Made by a program: the position numbers and the translations under genes | The notes under the pieces: model-generated | The model's database searches: none | Told to the model about the DNA's origin: nothing | What the model saw: only the letters and a program-made list of their open reading frames with translations | In this document: positions 24,241 to 61,100 of the stretch, piece by piece | Layout of the letters: each line of letters starts with the position of its first letter | Position numbering within the stretch: the first letter of the stretch is position 1 | Assembly (NCBI GenBank): GCA_002269645.1 | Contig: NIVC01000307.1 | Coordinates: 186,001-250,000 of the forward strand | DNA: 64,000 nucleotides | Direction: 5' to 3' | DNA from: Macrostomum lignano | Taxonomy: Eukaryota

Positions 24241-24744
24241 AGGAATTGCTGATTATTTATACATGACTGCCCGTTTCGCTTGATGATATCGAATTCCAGT
24301 TTCTCTGGTGGACAGTGAAGGATTCTTTAATAACTCGTACATTCCGTCCTTCTGTTCATCCTTGATCTTTAAACTCAGCCTGACCTTCGTTGACATGCAG
24401 CCATGCATATTTTGTGTAAAAAATAATTAAAGAACGAAAAATAATGTCGTTATCTCAATACATTTGCCAAAAAATTGATTCCAGCACAATTTAACAACAG
24501 GCTTACTACCCGTTGCTTTAGGGATTCGCCTCATCTGTTTCTTTTCTAAGAAATGAAGTCTCTTTTCCTCTTGGGATATCGGCGTCTGCGCACGCTCTTA
24601 CAAAACCCTTTGAGAATAGGACTCAGCCTCAGTATGGCTTCATGTGCTGTTGAACGCTATCATTTCTCTTTTTAGAAGAAACCTCAGAAATTCGAGGCCT
24701 TGGGTTTGGGGAAAATTCTGAAAACAGAGATATCAGATTAGACT

Positions 24745-26042
24745 CTACAAACTCCAATTGCAATCAGATTTGACTCCACAAACTCCAATTGCAATCAGAT
24801 TTGACTCCACAAACTCCAATTGCAATCAGATTTGACTCCACAAACTCCAATTGCAATCAGATTTGACTCCACAAACTCCAATTGCAATCAGATTTGACTC
24901 CACAAACTCCAATTGCAATCAGATTTGACTCCACAAACTCCAATTGCAATCAGATTTGACTCCACAAACTCCAATTGCAATCAGATTTGACTCCACAAAC
25001 TCCAATTGCAATCAGATTTGACTCCACAAACTCCAATTGCAATCAGATTTGACTCCACAAACTCCAATTGCAATCAGATTTGACTCCACAAACTCCAATT
25101 GCAATCAGATTTGACTCCACAAACTCCAATTGCAATCAGATTTGACTCCACAAACTCCAATTGCAATCAGATTTGACTCCACAAACTCCAATTGCAATCA
25201 GATTTGACTCCACAAACTCCAATTGCAATCAGATTTGACTCCACAAACTCCAATTGCAATCAGATTTGACTCCACAAACTCCAATTGCAATCAGATTTGA
25301 CTCCACAAACTCCAATTGCAATCAGATTTGACTCCACAAACTCCAATTGCAATCAGATTTGACTCCACAAACTCCAATTGCAATCAGATTTGACTCCACA
25401 AACTCCAATTACAATCAGATTTGGCTCCACAAACTCCAATTGCAATCAGATTTGACTCCACAAACTCCAATTACAATCAGATTTGACTCCACAAACTCCA
25501 ATTGCAATCAGATTTGACTCCACAAACTCCAATTGCAATCAGATTTGACTCCACAAACTCCAATTGCAATCAGATTTGACTCCAAAAACTCCAATTGCAA
25601 TCAGATTTGACTCCACAAACTCCAATTGCAATCAGATTTGACTCCACAAACTCCAATTGCAATCAGATTTGACTCCACAAACTCCAATTGCAATCAGATT
25701 TGACTCCACAAACTCCAATTGCAATCAGATTTGACTCCACAAACTCCAATTGCAATCAGATTTGACTCCACAAACTCCAATTGCAATCAGATTTGACTCC
25801 ACAGACTCCAATTGCAATCAGATTTGACTCCACAAACTCCAATTGCAATCAGATTTGACTCCACAGACTCCAATTGCAATCAGATTTGACTCCACAAACT
25901 CCAATTGCAATCAGATTTGACTCCACAGACTCCAATTGCAATCAGATTTGACTCCACAAACTCCAATTGCAATCAGATTTGACTCCACAAACTCCAATTG
26001 CAATCAGGTTTGACTCCACAAACTCCAATTGCAATCAGGTTT
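24745..26042. repeat. 31-bp minisatellite AACTCCAATTGCAATCAGATTTGACTCCACA, about 42 copies
   Basis: Head-to-tail, no spacers. Confidence 0.98.
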
Positions 26043-26362
26043 GAAGCCAAAAGGCCCACACAGACGCTGACGCCATTGAATAAAGTTAAAAAGTCTTCAA
26101 AGCTGAATGATAGTTTTGTATCTAAAATCGGGATTCTAAAAAAATCACTCAAATAGCATTTTTATATGGAATTTTTTTTCAAAGAACTAACGGTCGAGGG
26201 GCATTCAAACAAGACTTTAGAGGACGGAATTTCAAAAAAAGATTTTTGTTAAGTGTTAGAAAAAGTTAGCGCTCTTAATTAAGCATAGCAACTACACACT
26301 TGCAGCATCTTACATGCTTGATAAATGAATCAAAATAGTAACACAGTTGTATTTCAGCTTCA

Positions 26363-48681
<22,319 letters not shown>

Positions 48682-49775
48682 TTTTGTTTCGATTTATCTG
48701 AAATATTTTCAGCGAGAAAGTTCTAATAACAAACTCGTAATTAAAAATTTGCTGGCTTGAATTTCTTAGGAAGTTGCAAAGTACTCCTAAAAGTTCCGCA
48801 TCCCGATTCTTTACAAATAATCTGCGCAATAACTACTAAGACATATAGAGAACTACTAAGAAGAAAACAGAAAAAAATTATTAATAAGTAATAAAATTTA
48901 ACAGTAAGCGAAAGCGTTGCCGTTTTCAAAATGCATTTCTTTTCAATACCTTTCAGATACTGCGGCTATACCCAGATCGTAATTAATATAAATGTCGCTA
49001 TGTAATTGATATTAAATAAGTTAGTTTTCAGCCCAAAATATTTTAGATATATTAAGAAATTTGCTTGCTGCAGTCCCTTCAGTCCTTTAAGACCTTTCTA
49101 TAATTGGTAATGGAATGTAATTTGTATAAAATACCAATTTCAAAGTAACCATTGTCAGCTATATCCGATGATCTGTTTTCATTAAAAAGTTAGGAATGAG
49201 TCCATTGCAGTATATGTTGCACTATAAAATTTAGACTATAGAAGCCGAAATAATATTTCTTTATAAAATGATATTTCATAATAAATAAACTATTAATATA
49301 GAGCGTTTCGCGTTGATGTTAAAGCATTCCGCACCAGTCATGGCTCATCAATTTCTGAGGATCATCTTTTGCATTTGTATAGTAAGAACTAAATGTAAGT
49401 TAAATTAAATCAAAAGACTGATCGTGTTATAGATATAAAAGAATTTGATGTACAAACGGTTTCTCAACAAAAAGAATTTCTGTAATTCTGAGTGTTGAAT
49501 AAATATGACCATCTAGACACGCAACTAAGCTTTTCTTCCATTTTCTAGGAAAATTTTAACAAATGTTCCTACTTGAAATGCGCTGCTACGCTTAACAACA
49601 TATTTTTTATGACTGATTAAAACTAGATAAAAACTTTTTTGCGTAATATTTGTTAAAAACTTTTTTTTAAGCATAAAATTACATTTTAACACTATACTGG
49701 AAAAAAACTTAGGCACGTATTTTGATATAACCAGAACAAAATAAAATTTTGAAATGACACGAAGCAACAATTCTT

Positions 49776-49871
49776 ATTGGACAAGGCCCAAGAACGTTAT
49801 CTAGACTTGTCTGATTGGTCTGTGTGAGTTGGTGTTTTCTTCTTCTCAATCTTAGTATATATTTCTCTCTG
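49776..49871 (+). promoter_or_regulatory. Putative AKAP1 promoter / non-coding first exon
   Basis: Two reverse CCAAT boxes (ATTGG 49776, 49814) followed by a consensus donor G|GTAAGT at 49871/49872; matching acceptor at 53924. Confidence 0.45.
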
Positions 49872-52800
49872 GTAAGTCAATCACCTTGCTTTGCTTTTCA
49901 AAATTTTATGCTGATTTTCTTATCTTGACTTGGACCATCTATTCTAACACGAAATTTCAGACTTCCCATATCATGTAAGTGTGATTGTGTATAGTATCTT
50001 CACAAACACGATATACCTCGTCTAGGCTATACTGTATGATATGCTATGTAATGTAACAGGATAGGGTACACGATTTATTGATTAATCATGCAGCTTTAAC
50101 ATAACACTTGAACTGTGGTAGGCGTAGTCCTATCTATATATAGGTACAGAAATAAATAGGGCATAGTTCTAGTTTACTGCGTTAAATTATTTCGCCCTCT
50201 ATTCAAGGGTAGGGGGGTTGGAATATAACGAAGTAAACTAGGCCTAGAACTATGCCAGAAATAGAATACTTTACTATCTGTCTAGACTCTACACTAGGGG
50301 GGGGGGGCCTACAGTGAAGTAAATATGAAGTTATCTAGGCCTATGCTATATTCAGAAGATTAATTTTAACCTATGGCTTTTATTATATATCTTGGATTCT
50401 TAGCACTTTTAAAATTAAGATTCAATAAAAAGTCAAAATCTTGAATATCAATTGTAAGATTGAGGTCTCATCTAATCTCTACCACACTCTGGAGTCTGGA
50501 TCATGTAGTAGGCCTATACAATTTTACTGAAAAGCATTAAAATCAACCAACATCTGTTAAAAAGGGTAGGCCTAAACTTAGGCCTACATTGTGCAACTTG
50601 AAAAAAAGTATTTTATTGTTGCAATACCAGCATAGTTTTAGAAATGGGCATGCATCCAATTTTTTGGCATGCATTTGTAATTATTCATTTTTTGTTTGGG
50701 TATACACATATTACATTACATCTACTTTACCATGATCTGGACTATAGAATTTCTATGAGTTTAGGTCTGACCAAGATAAAATTTTTGTTTTCAAGAAAGA
50801 TTAATTAAGCTAGAATTTTATTAAAAAAAGCAATAGGCCTATCAAGTATAAATCAATCAAAAATTGGGAAATAGGCTACAATTGTAAATTTGTATAAGAA
50901 GTAGTGTTTTAGCATATTATAATTATTAATTATAGCTAATTTGGAAAATTTGGAGTTGTACTGTTTTAAAAACAAAATTTGGTTACAGATTGTGGCTATA
51001 GAGATCTTGCCAATTGGCAACTATGCCTATGGTTATAGATTATAAAGCACTATACATAATTTCTTATAACAATATAAATAAAAAAGTTTTTTCATAAAAA
51101 AGTTTTCTTTACTTATTTTTATTTAAATTTTTATATTCTTTCCTAAATAAATAGATACATTATTGGCTATCTCAGATAAAATGCTAAATGTATGTATATT
51201 TATTGTACCAAACTAAACAAATCACTAAATTTGAAAGAGTTATTGTGTTTCACTTGATTTTATAAAGTTGCTTTGGCTTCATGTTTTTGCTTTTTTGCCT
51301 TTGGAAATCAAAGGTTTTTGTTTATTTATAATTTGGCTATGGGAAAATTTGGAATACAGAAAATTGACATCTAAAATATAAATTATGGCTATGGAAATAT
51401 CATAGTAAAATTCAATATGGCTTTGGCTACAGAGATACAAAGGTGCGGCAGTAGAATACTAATAGGAACAATGGTATTTATGATAAACTTTACCTATCAA
51501 AATAAGCATGTTTTCTATCATCTTATATTATATTATACTCATTACTTTGCAGCCATAGTTTCTATTGAACTAGCAGCAACAGTCTCTAGTTTTTGGTGGC
51601 TTAGGATCCCACAAAAAGTGTTGGCCTGAAACTAGGAAGATATAAAGCACTGGTGGAATATTAATATTGGCAACTATATCAATAGCCACATTGTCAAAAA
51701 ATGTTTCAAAGCTAGCCAAGAAAGTCACATAGTGTTGGCCATTGACTATCCAGCCAAGCTTAAGCTGCTATCTTAGTTTACCCTACTTTGGCTTTAATTG
51801 AACTACTGCAACCTAACTCTTAATGCTAGTGAAGTCTAGTTTCCCATATATAAAAATATGCTAATGGCTAGCAGCAACTATTTCAAGGCCATATTTAGTT
51901 TAGGCATGTGCAAAGGCAAAGCTGGAGCCACTTGCCTAGAGCTCAAAGGTGTCACTGCCTAGGGCTTATAGACTATGTTGGAGTTTATGTACATTGGCTT
52001 GTTTTATTAGTTGATCAGGCTAAGGATATTATCAATATAGCATCACATCTTTTTAATATTTTTTACCTTCTGTTTTAAATTCAATCTTGCTAGACTATTT
52101 ACAAATTCCAAGTCTATTCTTGAAATTTTGAGAATTTTTTGAAATGACATAAAAAGGCTATATCTCAAAATTTTGAGATTGAGATTGAGATCTCAGTTAG
52201 ACTCTAATTTAGATATTATTAGTCATTTTTGCAAAAGGGATATATGCATAGACAGAAGGACAATGCTTATTTCTATAGTCCTTTGCCAATTAAGACAAAA
52301 TTATCCATATGGTGCCATGCCAATAATGCCTTATTTATTTGCATAGCAAAAATTATTCTTAGACATTTATAGTATATAAATATTCAAATTTTTTTCTCTG
52401 AGTACATCATTCCTTAGATTATCTTAGTATAGTACATCATACCAAGTTCAATACTGAGTATTATAATTTAGCTAAATTATACAAAAAGCAAACCATTATT
52501 AGCTTAAGACTATGGGAATAAGCACTGCCAAGCCATTTTTGCTAATTTATAACATGTAAACTTTCCTATTTTGCAATATTTTTGTTTTATCTTATATATT
52601 GCACTGTCTATAACTCTGGACTATAATAGAAATATCATATCAATCACATGATAGTCTTTATTAGGCCTACTATTTCTAACCCAAATTTATACTAAAATTT
52701 TGGACATCCCATATAATTTTAAAACTAGTATGATAAGCCTAGCTTTATTTTTTAATATTGGCATTATGACTTTTGCTTTATAATATAAAAGATAGGCAGT

Positions 52801-53938
52801 ATCACAATTTTGTCTGCTGGTACCAAATTTTTATTTGAAACTTTAGTTAAAAATTTTTAGAATTACTTTTTGCAATTTTTTATATTTAGCATTAAGCTTG
52901 GCATTATTAAATATTGGCAATATCCTAGTTTTTTCTGCATTAAATTATTTGGCACTAAATTTTGATCAAATGAATTAGAATGAGTTTATAAAAATATAAT
53001 TTATTTTATATATTTTTTTCTAGCATTTAAAAAAATATTTTTCATTGCATATTTGAATGTTTTTTAATACTAACAACACTATATTGTTTATTATAAAGGT
53101 TTATTATAAAGTTTATAATGATTATATATACTTATAGATTATCTTTAATAATAATCTAAAACATTTGCAATTCATAGGCAATCTTTTGTAGGTCTTTTAG
53201 AATAAAAAATGCCAATATATAAAGCCTAAGCCATATAAGTAACATTAGAAGATTTACTTTTTGTTCTCTAAATTTTAGGTATCTAAGTCTAGTCTAAAGC
53301 TATAAATAAATCCTAAATAATATAGTTAATTTCCTATATAGTATGATGCCAAAATAACTCAATTATGCGAATAGGGAATAAAAAGGTTAAACTTTGTCAT
53401 CTTATAACATTTTATAAAGCTTAAAAGTAGAACTAGCTCATAGATTAGCATCTTAATTATAAAAGTCCTAGATCCTAGCCAAAATTAGAATACCAATTGT
53501 AGCAGACACCTTAAATCAATGTTTTGGAATTTATTAATATTTTTTAAATGTTACAACTGTATTGTTTTTGTTTTTTAATTTAAACAAAATTAAATATATA
53601 ATAACAATTAAAAAATAAATTTAAAACCAACTAAGGTCTTGGTAATAGAAGTCAAAACATAGAAATTATTTTTAATCATTAATGACTTAAGACTAGTATA
53701 AGATGTTCTAAATGGTTATACAATAATGCAATGGGAGAAATTTGTTTGCTTTCAGGAAGAGTTTGGATATATAGATAAACATATGTGAAGGTTATACCTG
53801 TTTATTTTTGGGATTAAATAAGACTTTAGAATCAGAATCAGGATTAAGGTCTTGTTCTACCTGTACTCCAAGTACCAGGCTACAATATTTAACTAATTGT
53901 GTACTTTCCCAACAAAAATTTTAGGCTTTATTGGTATT

Positions 53939-55100
53939 ATGCCAATTCGTGCTAATCCAGCCACTGCTGCACTGTTAGCTGGCGGTGTCTCCATATCTGC
54001 AATAATCCTATTGATCTACTTGAAACTGCGTGGCAATAATACTCAGAATAATAAGAAGTCCTGCTTGCCTAAGCCAGACGATTGTGACACCGAAACTACT
54101 AAACTGACTGAGAATTCAATTAGCAGCTTTCAAACTCTCTTGTCTGATTGTGTTGCCAAGGAGGCAGTTGTAGTAGAGAATACTTCTAAATCAGATCGCT
54201 TAGACTCCGAACCTGAGGCTGCGGAAGAGTCCCTCAGCGAGTGCGAGCATCATCTAGAAGAAGAAGAAGAAGGCAACAACAGCGACGCAGTTGAAGAAAT
54301 AGTCGAAGAAATTATCGAACCAGAAGAAATCTTGAAGCCCCTAGAAGCAGAGATTATCATGACTACATCAACCGAGGCTTTAGCCGATTGCGCCACTAAA
54401 AGCAGCAGCAGCAACAACAACAACAACAATGAAGAAGTTGCTGCTAATGCTGCCGCTATTTCTGAGATGGAGAGCAAAACTGAGAGCTTGACAGTTAACA
54501 CAGGTAGCGCCAAAAATGACCCGGAAACTGTGGAACAGTCCGATATTGTTGAACAGCAGCAACCCGGACAGGACCGGGTCAGCAACTGGATAGCTAAAAA
54601 CCAACGCTATTGTCGCCAGCAGCCTCATCATCATAATAGTCATTGCCAATCTTCCATTGCTCATCATCGCCTTGAGGACGCGTCAGACGATAGCGGCCGT
54701 CCGTCCAGCGTTGACACTGCTGCGGACGCGGCCAGTCCGCGCTCGTCCGCCACTGGCACTCGCCACTCCTCGTCTACCGCCGTAGCTGTTGCCATGTCTC
54801 TGTCGCCCCGTCAGCAGCAGCAGCAGGAGAGGGAACAGCAGGCTCTGCTATCGACTGTAGACGATAACGCTGGTATTGTTGAACAATTTCCAGACCGATC
54901 CAAAGTTATCCGAGGCGTATCGCCGATTCCGGGCGATGATAACGATATTATTCATCAGTTCTTGATTCCTAATAAGCTGGGCGGCTCCATGGTTGGCACT
55001 CGCGGCCGAAATATTAATTATATTCGCGCCAAATCTGGCGCCTCCGTTTGGATTAGTAGGAATTTCTTTGACAAGAAAACTCAAGTGGTTAACGTTCGAG
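53939..55100 (+). CDS. AKAP1: AKAP1 coding exon 1 (TM anchor to KH)
   Basis: TTTTAG| acceptor at 53924; ATG 53939; CGAG|GTGAGC donor. Confidence 0.85.
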
Positions 55101-58100
55101 GTGAGCTATGTGCTATTTTCAATGTGTTGTTGAAAGTTTAAAGCTTTTCTTGATGTTTGTTATGGCAGCAACTCGCTAAAGGATCATAGAGGGTCGGAAG
55201 CATGCTTCGATGTTATTAAGAGGGTTGGAAGCACGCTGCAATGATCATAGAGGGTGGGACTCGGAAGCACGCTGCAGTCTTCGGAGAACTGAAGGATCAT
55301 AAAGGGATAGAAGCTCACTGAAGGATCATAGAGGCCGAGGGGAAGAGGCCCTCTGAAGGATCATAAAGGGATAGAAGCTCACTGAAGAATCATAGAGGGG
55401 TAGAGGCCCTCTGAAGGATCATAAAGGAATAGAAGCTCACTGAAGAATCATAGAGGGGTAGAGGCCCTCTGAAGGATCATAAAGGGATAAAAGCTCACTG
55501 AAGGATCATAGAGGTGTAGAAGCTCACTGAAGGATCATAGAGGTGTAGAAGCTCACTGAAGGATCATAGAGGTGTAGAAGCTCACTGAAGGATCATAGGG
55601 GGTTACAAGCCTATTGAATAATTATGGAAGGGCTTTAAGGACTCAAAAGGTTAATGAAGGGACTTCAAGGGTTTTAGGGGGGGGGGGGTGCATATTTCTC
55701 ATTTTGCAGTCAGCCTTATTGACTGTCAAATAAAACGACGTGCTTGCTTTTGTTGAATGATTCACGCAATGAATTTTTTTTACGAGTAAGACTGAACTTC
55801 CTTCCTAATCCAGCTTGGGTCTGTATTGAATCTTATGGGGTTATGCTAATTAAGGGCAGGTTTCATTGACATTTTAATCCTCACACGGGAAGAAGAGAGA
55901 ACGTCTGATTTTTTGTTTTATTGTTATTGTCTTAGAAAACACAGACTACATGTATTAGCAGCCTGCAAAGTCCGGGTGCAGAACAGATGGGTTTTTTTAA
56001 AGTGTAGCCTCGAAGTAGAGAAAAAAGCACAAATAAATTTGGTTAATTCGTTCACGACCCGGCTTAGGAAAAATCTTCTCTCTCTATATTGCTTTGCACA
56101 TGCATTTCCCTTGGGATTATTAGCAGGCCGGGAATTGGGATAATTACCTTGGGGAGGCCAAGAGAGGAAGCAATTTATTTGCGCAGCAGTGGAACACTTT
56201 CATACGGTATAATATATAGCGAGGGGAGAGCGAGTTGAGATTAGTGGATTCTCGGTACAAAAAACTGCTCAAAATTGTTAATTATATCCCCCATTTTTCG
56301 TTTTTTTGTTATTCAACTAATAATTTTCTGTCTGTTTTAATTTAAAGCGAAGAACTCGAGCTCAAAATATTTTGCTCTACTCAAGCTTGTGATCTTTAAA
56401 ACATTAGAGTGGGACTCGAGATCGGGACCTCTTTCACAACAAGGTAGACTCCAGGACTCGAGCTCGGGACCTCTTTCACAACAAGGTAGACTCCAGGACT
56501 CGAGCTCGGGACCTCTTTCACAACAAGGTAGACTCCAGGACTCGAGCTTAGGACCTCTTTCACAACAAGGTAGACTCCAGGACTCGAGCTTAGGACCTCT
56601 TTCACAACAAGGTAGACTCCAGGACTCGAGCTCGAGACCTCTGTCACAATAAGATTAGACCCCAGGACTCAAGCCCGGGACCTCTATCACAATTAGATAC
56701 ACTCCAGGACTCGAGCCCAGGACCTCTATCACAATAAGGTTAGACTCCAGGACTCGAGCTCGGGACCTCTTCGACAACAAGATGCCAGCAAACTTAATGA
56801 CCCGAGCTTGAGACGTGCAGGCATAGTAGCTGACTGAAAGTAGAAAAAAGTGAGCAAATCTATTAAGTCTCAAATCGGCTTCTTAACCCGCAGGCCCAGC
56901 TGAGTGCGTGAAAGCCGCTCTGCAAGTCATCAAGAAGCGATTCCCCGAATTGGACGTAAAGCCGATTAATACCGCTGTGCCAATTCAGAGGAACCCGGCC
57001 CTACAGCCAACCATGTGTCAAGTGAGTGTCTTCTTGACTGTCTGTTTGTAAACCTGTTCACGCGACAGTTCAATCAATGTAGCTAGTTTAGCTGGAACAA
57101 GATCTAGTGCTAGTAGTTCGATTGTTTGGCCTAGTTCTCAGTCCTAACCACTTGCTGGATTAGTGTATGTCTATTTGTCTCATTACTGGGTTGCATTCGC
57201 CAACCCCCCTCCCAGTGAGCTGATCTGATGAGACTTGATGATGAGAAACGTTGATGTTAAAGACAAGCTGTGAAAACACAGAAAAAAATGGAATATTGCG
57301 CAGTTGTGCAATGTTTGTAGCGACTCTCCGTTCGCGAGCACATTTCATATTTCATTTGTTGGTTTGTCGTGCTGGGATGGGAACCAGCCATTGATTATTA
57401 GTTATTGATTTTAAATAATTTAATTCAATTAGAAACTGTCTAGACAGAAAAACAAGCCGTCAGTTTAGTCAGCTTACTGTATATCATCTGCAGTCTAGGT
57501 TGAGCATGTTTAGAGTTATAGTACTAAATAATTCATTAGAGTTCTTTTTCAACAAGTCAAGGCTTTGTTTGATGCGAGCTAGCAGGCTTTCACAGTAAAT
57601 TAGGGACAGTGGCTGCTTTCTTGCTTGCTTTTGCTTTTGTCTTCTTTGTGTCATTGTCTTCTTTCAGAAGCAGTGTTTTCTCCTTTTAATCGAAAATTTC
57701 TTTCAACTGCACCGGCCTACGGTATTGTAGCATTTTTTTTCTTCAGAATTCTAACTCTACATTTTTGGCCAAATTTCTAGATCCCTTCTATGTGGTTTTT
57801 CCCTAACGTTTAAAACTGTAAGCTTCAAGTGAAGTATCAAAGTATATTCAAATTCTATATAGAATTTATTCAATTCTTGTTCATTTTTCTTACAGAGGAT
57901 TTTATAGATATAAAAATATGACTAATGCCAGCAAGGACGAGTGTTGCAAGAGAAGTTACTCAATCCCATATTTTCTCCCAACATATTTGAGTCGTAAAAT
58001 TTTCAGCTGCTCTCACAACACAGTTGGGGGTCACGGAGTGGGCCAAGGACTGTTAAATCTATCCAATAGGTCTGTCAACTCTCAACTCGTCCCACACTGT

Positions 58101-61100
58101 AGCATTTTATTAATATTCCTCTCAACTCTCCGGCTTACTGGATTTTAAACAAGCAACAAGTAATATTTGCTTTGCCCGTAGCCCACGAGGCCCCTATAGT
58201 TATTTTTTATTATGCTTATTTACTAAGCCTTATACGCGGTGTGGACACCAGTCCCTTGTCCAGGTGCAAAATAAAATTTGATCAAATAGGCAGACAGTCC
58301 CTCCCACATCCAATGCGTTTGTGAGTCATTCATCATTCTGAATTGAAACAGTGAAACCTTCCGGGATGTAGAATTTCTCTTTTATTTGTGAGGCCAATCA
58401 TTTCAACTAGGGCCTAGAAGGTTGCCTAGGTGAGGAGGTGTATCTATATAACTACTGAACAGCACCACCTGTCTGCCAGACGTAGGGGGGTCGGCAAACT
58501 CTAGCGGGTCTGCTCGAAGCTTGTGTCTCTTCTCAGCTCTCTCTTCTTTCTTCTCTGCTATCCTCTTTTCTTTCTTCTCTTTTAATGTAAAAGAGAAATA
58601 AACACATCATCATGACCTGTTTGTCGGCGGAAGCATTAAATTCGATCATCATTTTATCTAATAAATGAGGTATACTAATCGTGTATGCTATGATAGTATC
58701 TAGAGTCCATAGTATCTAGATTTTCATAGCTGTTGGGGGGGGGCATCACAAACCTGAATAATCACAACCCCGAAAACCAAAATAGCATTGGTCATCATAA
58801 TCCCGAAATATCACGAACCCAAAATATCATAATTCCGAAAGTTCTAGCAATATCCAACACTATTTTGGTTTTCGGGTTTGTGATATTTCGAGTTTGTGAT
58901 ATTTCGAGTTTGTGATATTTCGGGTTTGTGATATTTCGAGTTTATGATATTTCGGGCTTGTGATATTTCGGGTTTGTGATATTTCGGGTTTGTGATATTT
59001 CGGGTTTGTGATATTTCGGGTTTGTGATATTTCGGGCTTGTGATATTTCAGGTTTGTGATATTTCGGGTTTGTGATATTTCGGGTTTGTGATATTTCGGG
59101 TTTGTGATATTTCGGGTTTGTGATATTTCGGGTTTGTGATATTTCGGGAAAAAGGGAACTTCAGACTTTTGCTTCACTCATCGGTTTGCTGCTGTTCAAG
59201 AAGTTATTGACCCGCGCTTTGTTCCATTGTGAGGGGGTTGTGTCCTCTATCCTTTCTCCTATGGGTTAACATTGTCCATGTCAGCTGACTGTATAAGTTA
59301 AGGCTCCTCTGTTTGATTTCTGTAGACTAGCGTGTGTGTGCGCGCGCCATTGCCCCTTGGCCACGTGGGCTCTGACTGGGTGTGTCTGCTGTTTCATATT
59401 TGAACAACTGTTGCCGTTCTCTCACGTTCCCCCCCCCTTTGTGCCTCTTGGCAACGGAACAAAGAATTCTAGGAATTGTAAGCTAATTCGATAAGGAAAA
59501 AGAGATATCGTAGGTCTTATTAATCATTTCAGCTTGCTGCAACATCTTGAACCACTTCGCTAGATATAATATTTCACTCAAGATACTCAGTTTTCCTCTG
59601 CTATCTGCGGCAAAGCTGACTGACTTAAAGAATGCGATAGAACAGCTGCTATTGCTCTTATCCTTTATCGTAACTAATTCTAACCCTTAATATTGTAGCG
59701 TAGGAGAGTTGTCTGACCTCTATTTGTTCAGAGCTCCCCGTTGCCTCTCGGGAGCTCGCAGCTGCTCAAAGCTGCTCAACGTGTTTCAGAATCGAATTGA
59801 AGTCCCTTCAAGGCATTGATAAGAGCTTGAAGGAAAGCTTCTATTTCATTAGCTGAGACTTCCTGTATGACATAAATCTAGAGAACGATTGGAGCGCATA
59901 TCTGCCTGTCTGTCTACTCTGGGGTCCTCTTATCTCTGCGAAATTATTGGCCTAGGCTAGGGGGTTGCAGGGTCTGTTTTGGCATGCATTTAACTGCTTA
60001 GCAAATATTTAAGCCCGAATCTTTATTACCTTGTAGAAGCATATTAGTTGAAGAAAAGGTGAATTCTGTGATATGTTTTCCCCCACCCTGATGCATACGT
60101 GTATATACAGTTTTGTAAAGCGTCAATATATCATTTTCGGCCAAATTCGAACTTGCAGCAATATCCAGTAGGCTATAGTTTACAGCCTATCAGCTTGCTA
60201 GATGATGAATCACCCAGAAGCAGCATAAAGCGCAAATGCATGTAATATATACGTATATGCCTACAGTAGTCTTCTAGTCTTCTACTGTCTACAGTGCTCT
60301 ACGCTGATGCACAGTCAAGCTTCTGTGTTCCTTAGTTACGGACTTATAGGTTTGTCCTATATAATACTGTAGCTTAGGATTAGTTAGATAGCCCCTTTGT
60401 GCGGTATGAACAAAGACTCTATAAAGACTAGTTAGAGTATTGACATCTTTTTGCGCATTCTGTCTGGGGGGGGGGGTCTGCAGGCCTGTCTGTGTCTGGC
60501 TAGAGGGTCTGAATTTAGTTCAAGATTTTTGCACCTAAAATGCCCCTCCCTTTCTTTAGTATCAAATTTCTTTCAAGCATTGCAATGCAGCGCCCGCAAA
60601 CCTTCTACCTTAAGGGCCAAATAAATAAGAGATTTGAAAAATATTTAATTAGCTTTATATATTATTATTCATATTATTTTGGTTGTTATTTCACTTTAGT
60701 ATTGACTCATAGCTTTTTTAATCATCTTATTTCAAAAAGTAGTAAATCTACGGAAAGGTCTAGGGGGTCAATTGAGAGTCTACTGGGGGTCTACGGAGAG
60801 GTCAAAGAGGGTCAACAGACTCAACACCCGAGAGTCTACAGAGAGGTCAAATGGGGTCAAAACCTGAGAGTCTACTGAGGGTCTACAAAGAGGTCAAAGG
60901 GGGTCAAATGACCCCCACAGAAAAATCTAGAATTTACCCTGGTAATATAATATATCGATTTATGGGTAGTGTAAATTAACAAAAAAGTAATTTTTACATT
61001 CAAACGAGTCACAAGGTCACAACTCTAGGGGTGGGAGGTCAATGGAGGTCAGCTGACCACCATTTAAAATACGTTTCTCTAGAAACTATCCACACGATTT

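Noticed and set aside
24745-26042. CRISPR-like 31-bp repeat array
   Set aside because: Units are head-to-tail with no unique spacers, there are no cas genes, and the context is eukaryotic
48700-49800. RFX X-box upstream of the ciliary gene DLEC1
   Set aside because: Only half-sites (for example GTTGCC near 48915); no full palindromic match seen
53756-53790. Possible extra 5' UTR mini-exon of AKAP1
   Set aside because: Good acceptor (TTGCTTTCAG) but weak donor (GTTATA); unsupported without transcripts
53897-53938. N-terminal extension MCTFPTKILGFIGI in the ORF track
   Set aside because: Starts at a non-ATG codon and spans the TTTTAG acceptor; ATG 53939 directly precedes the TM anchor
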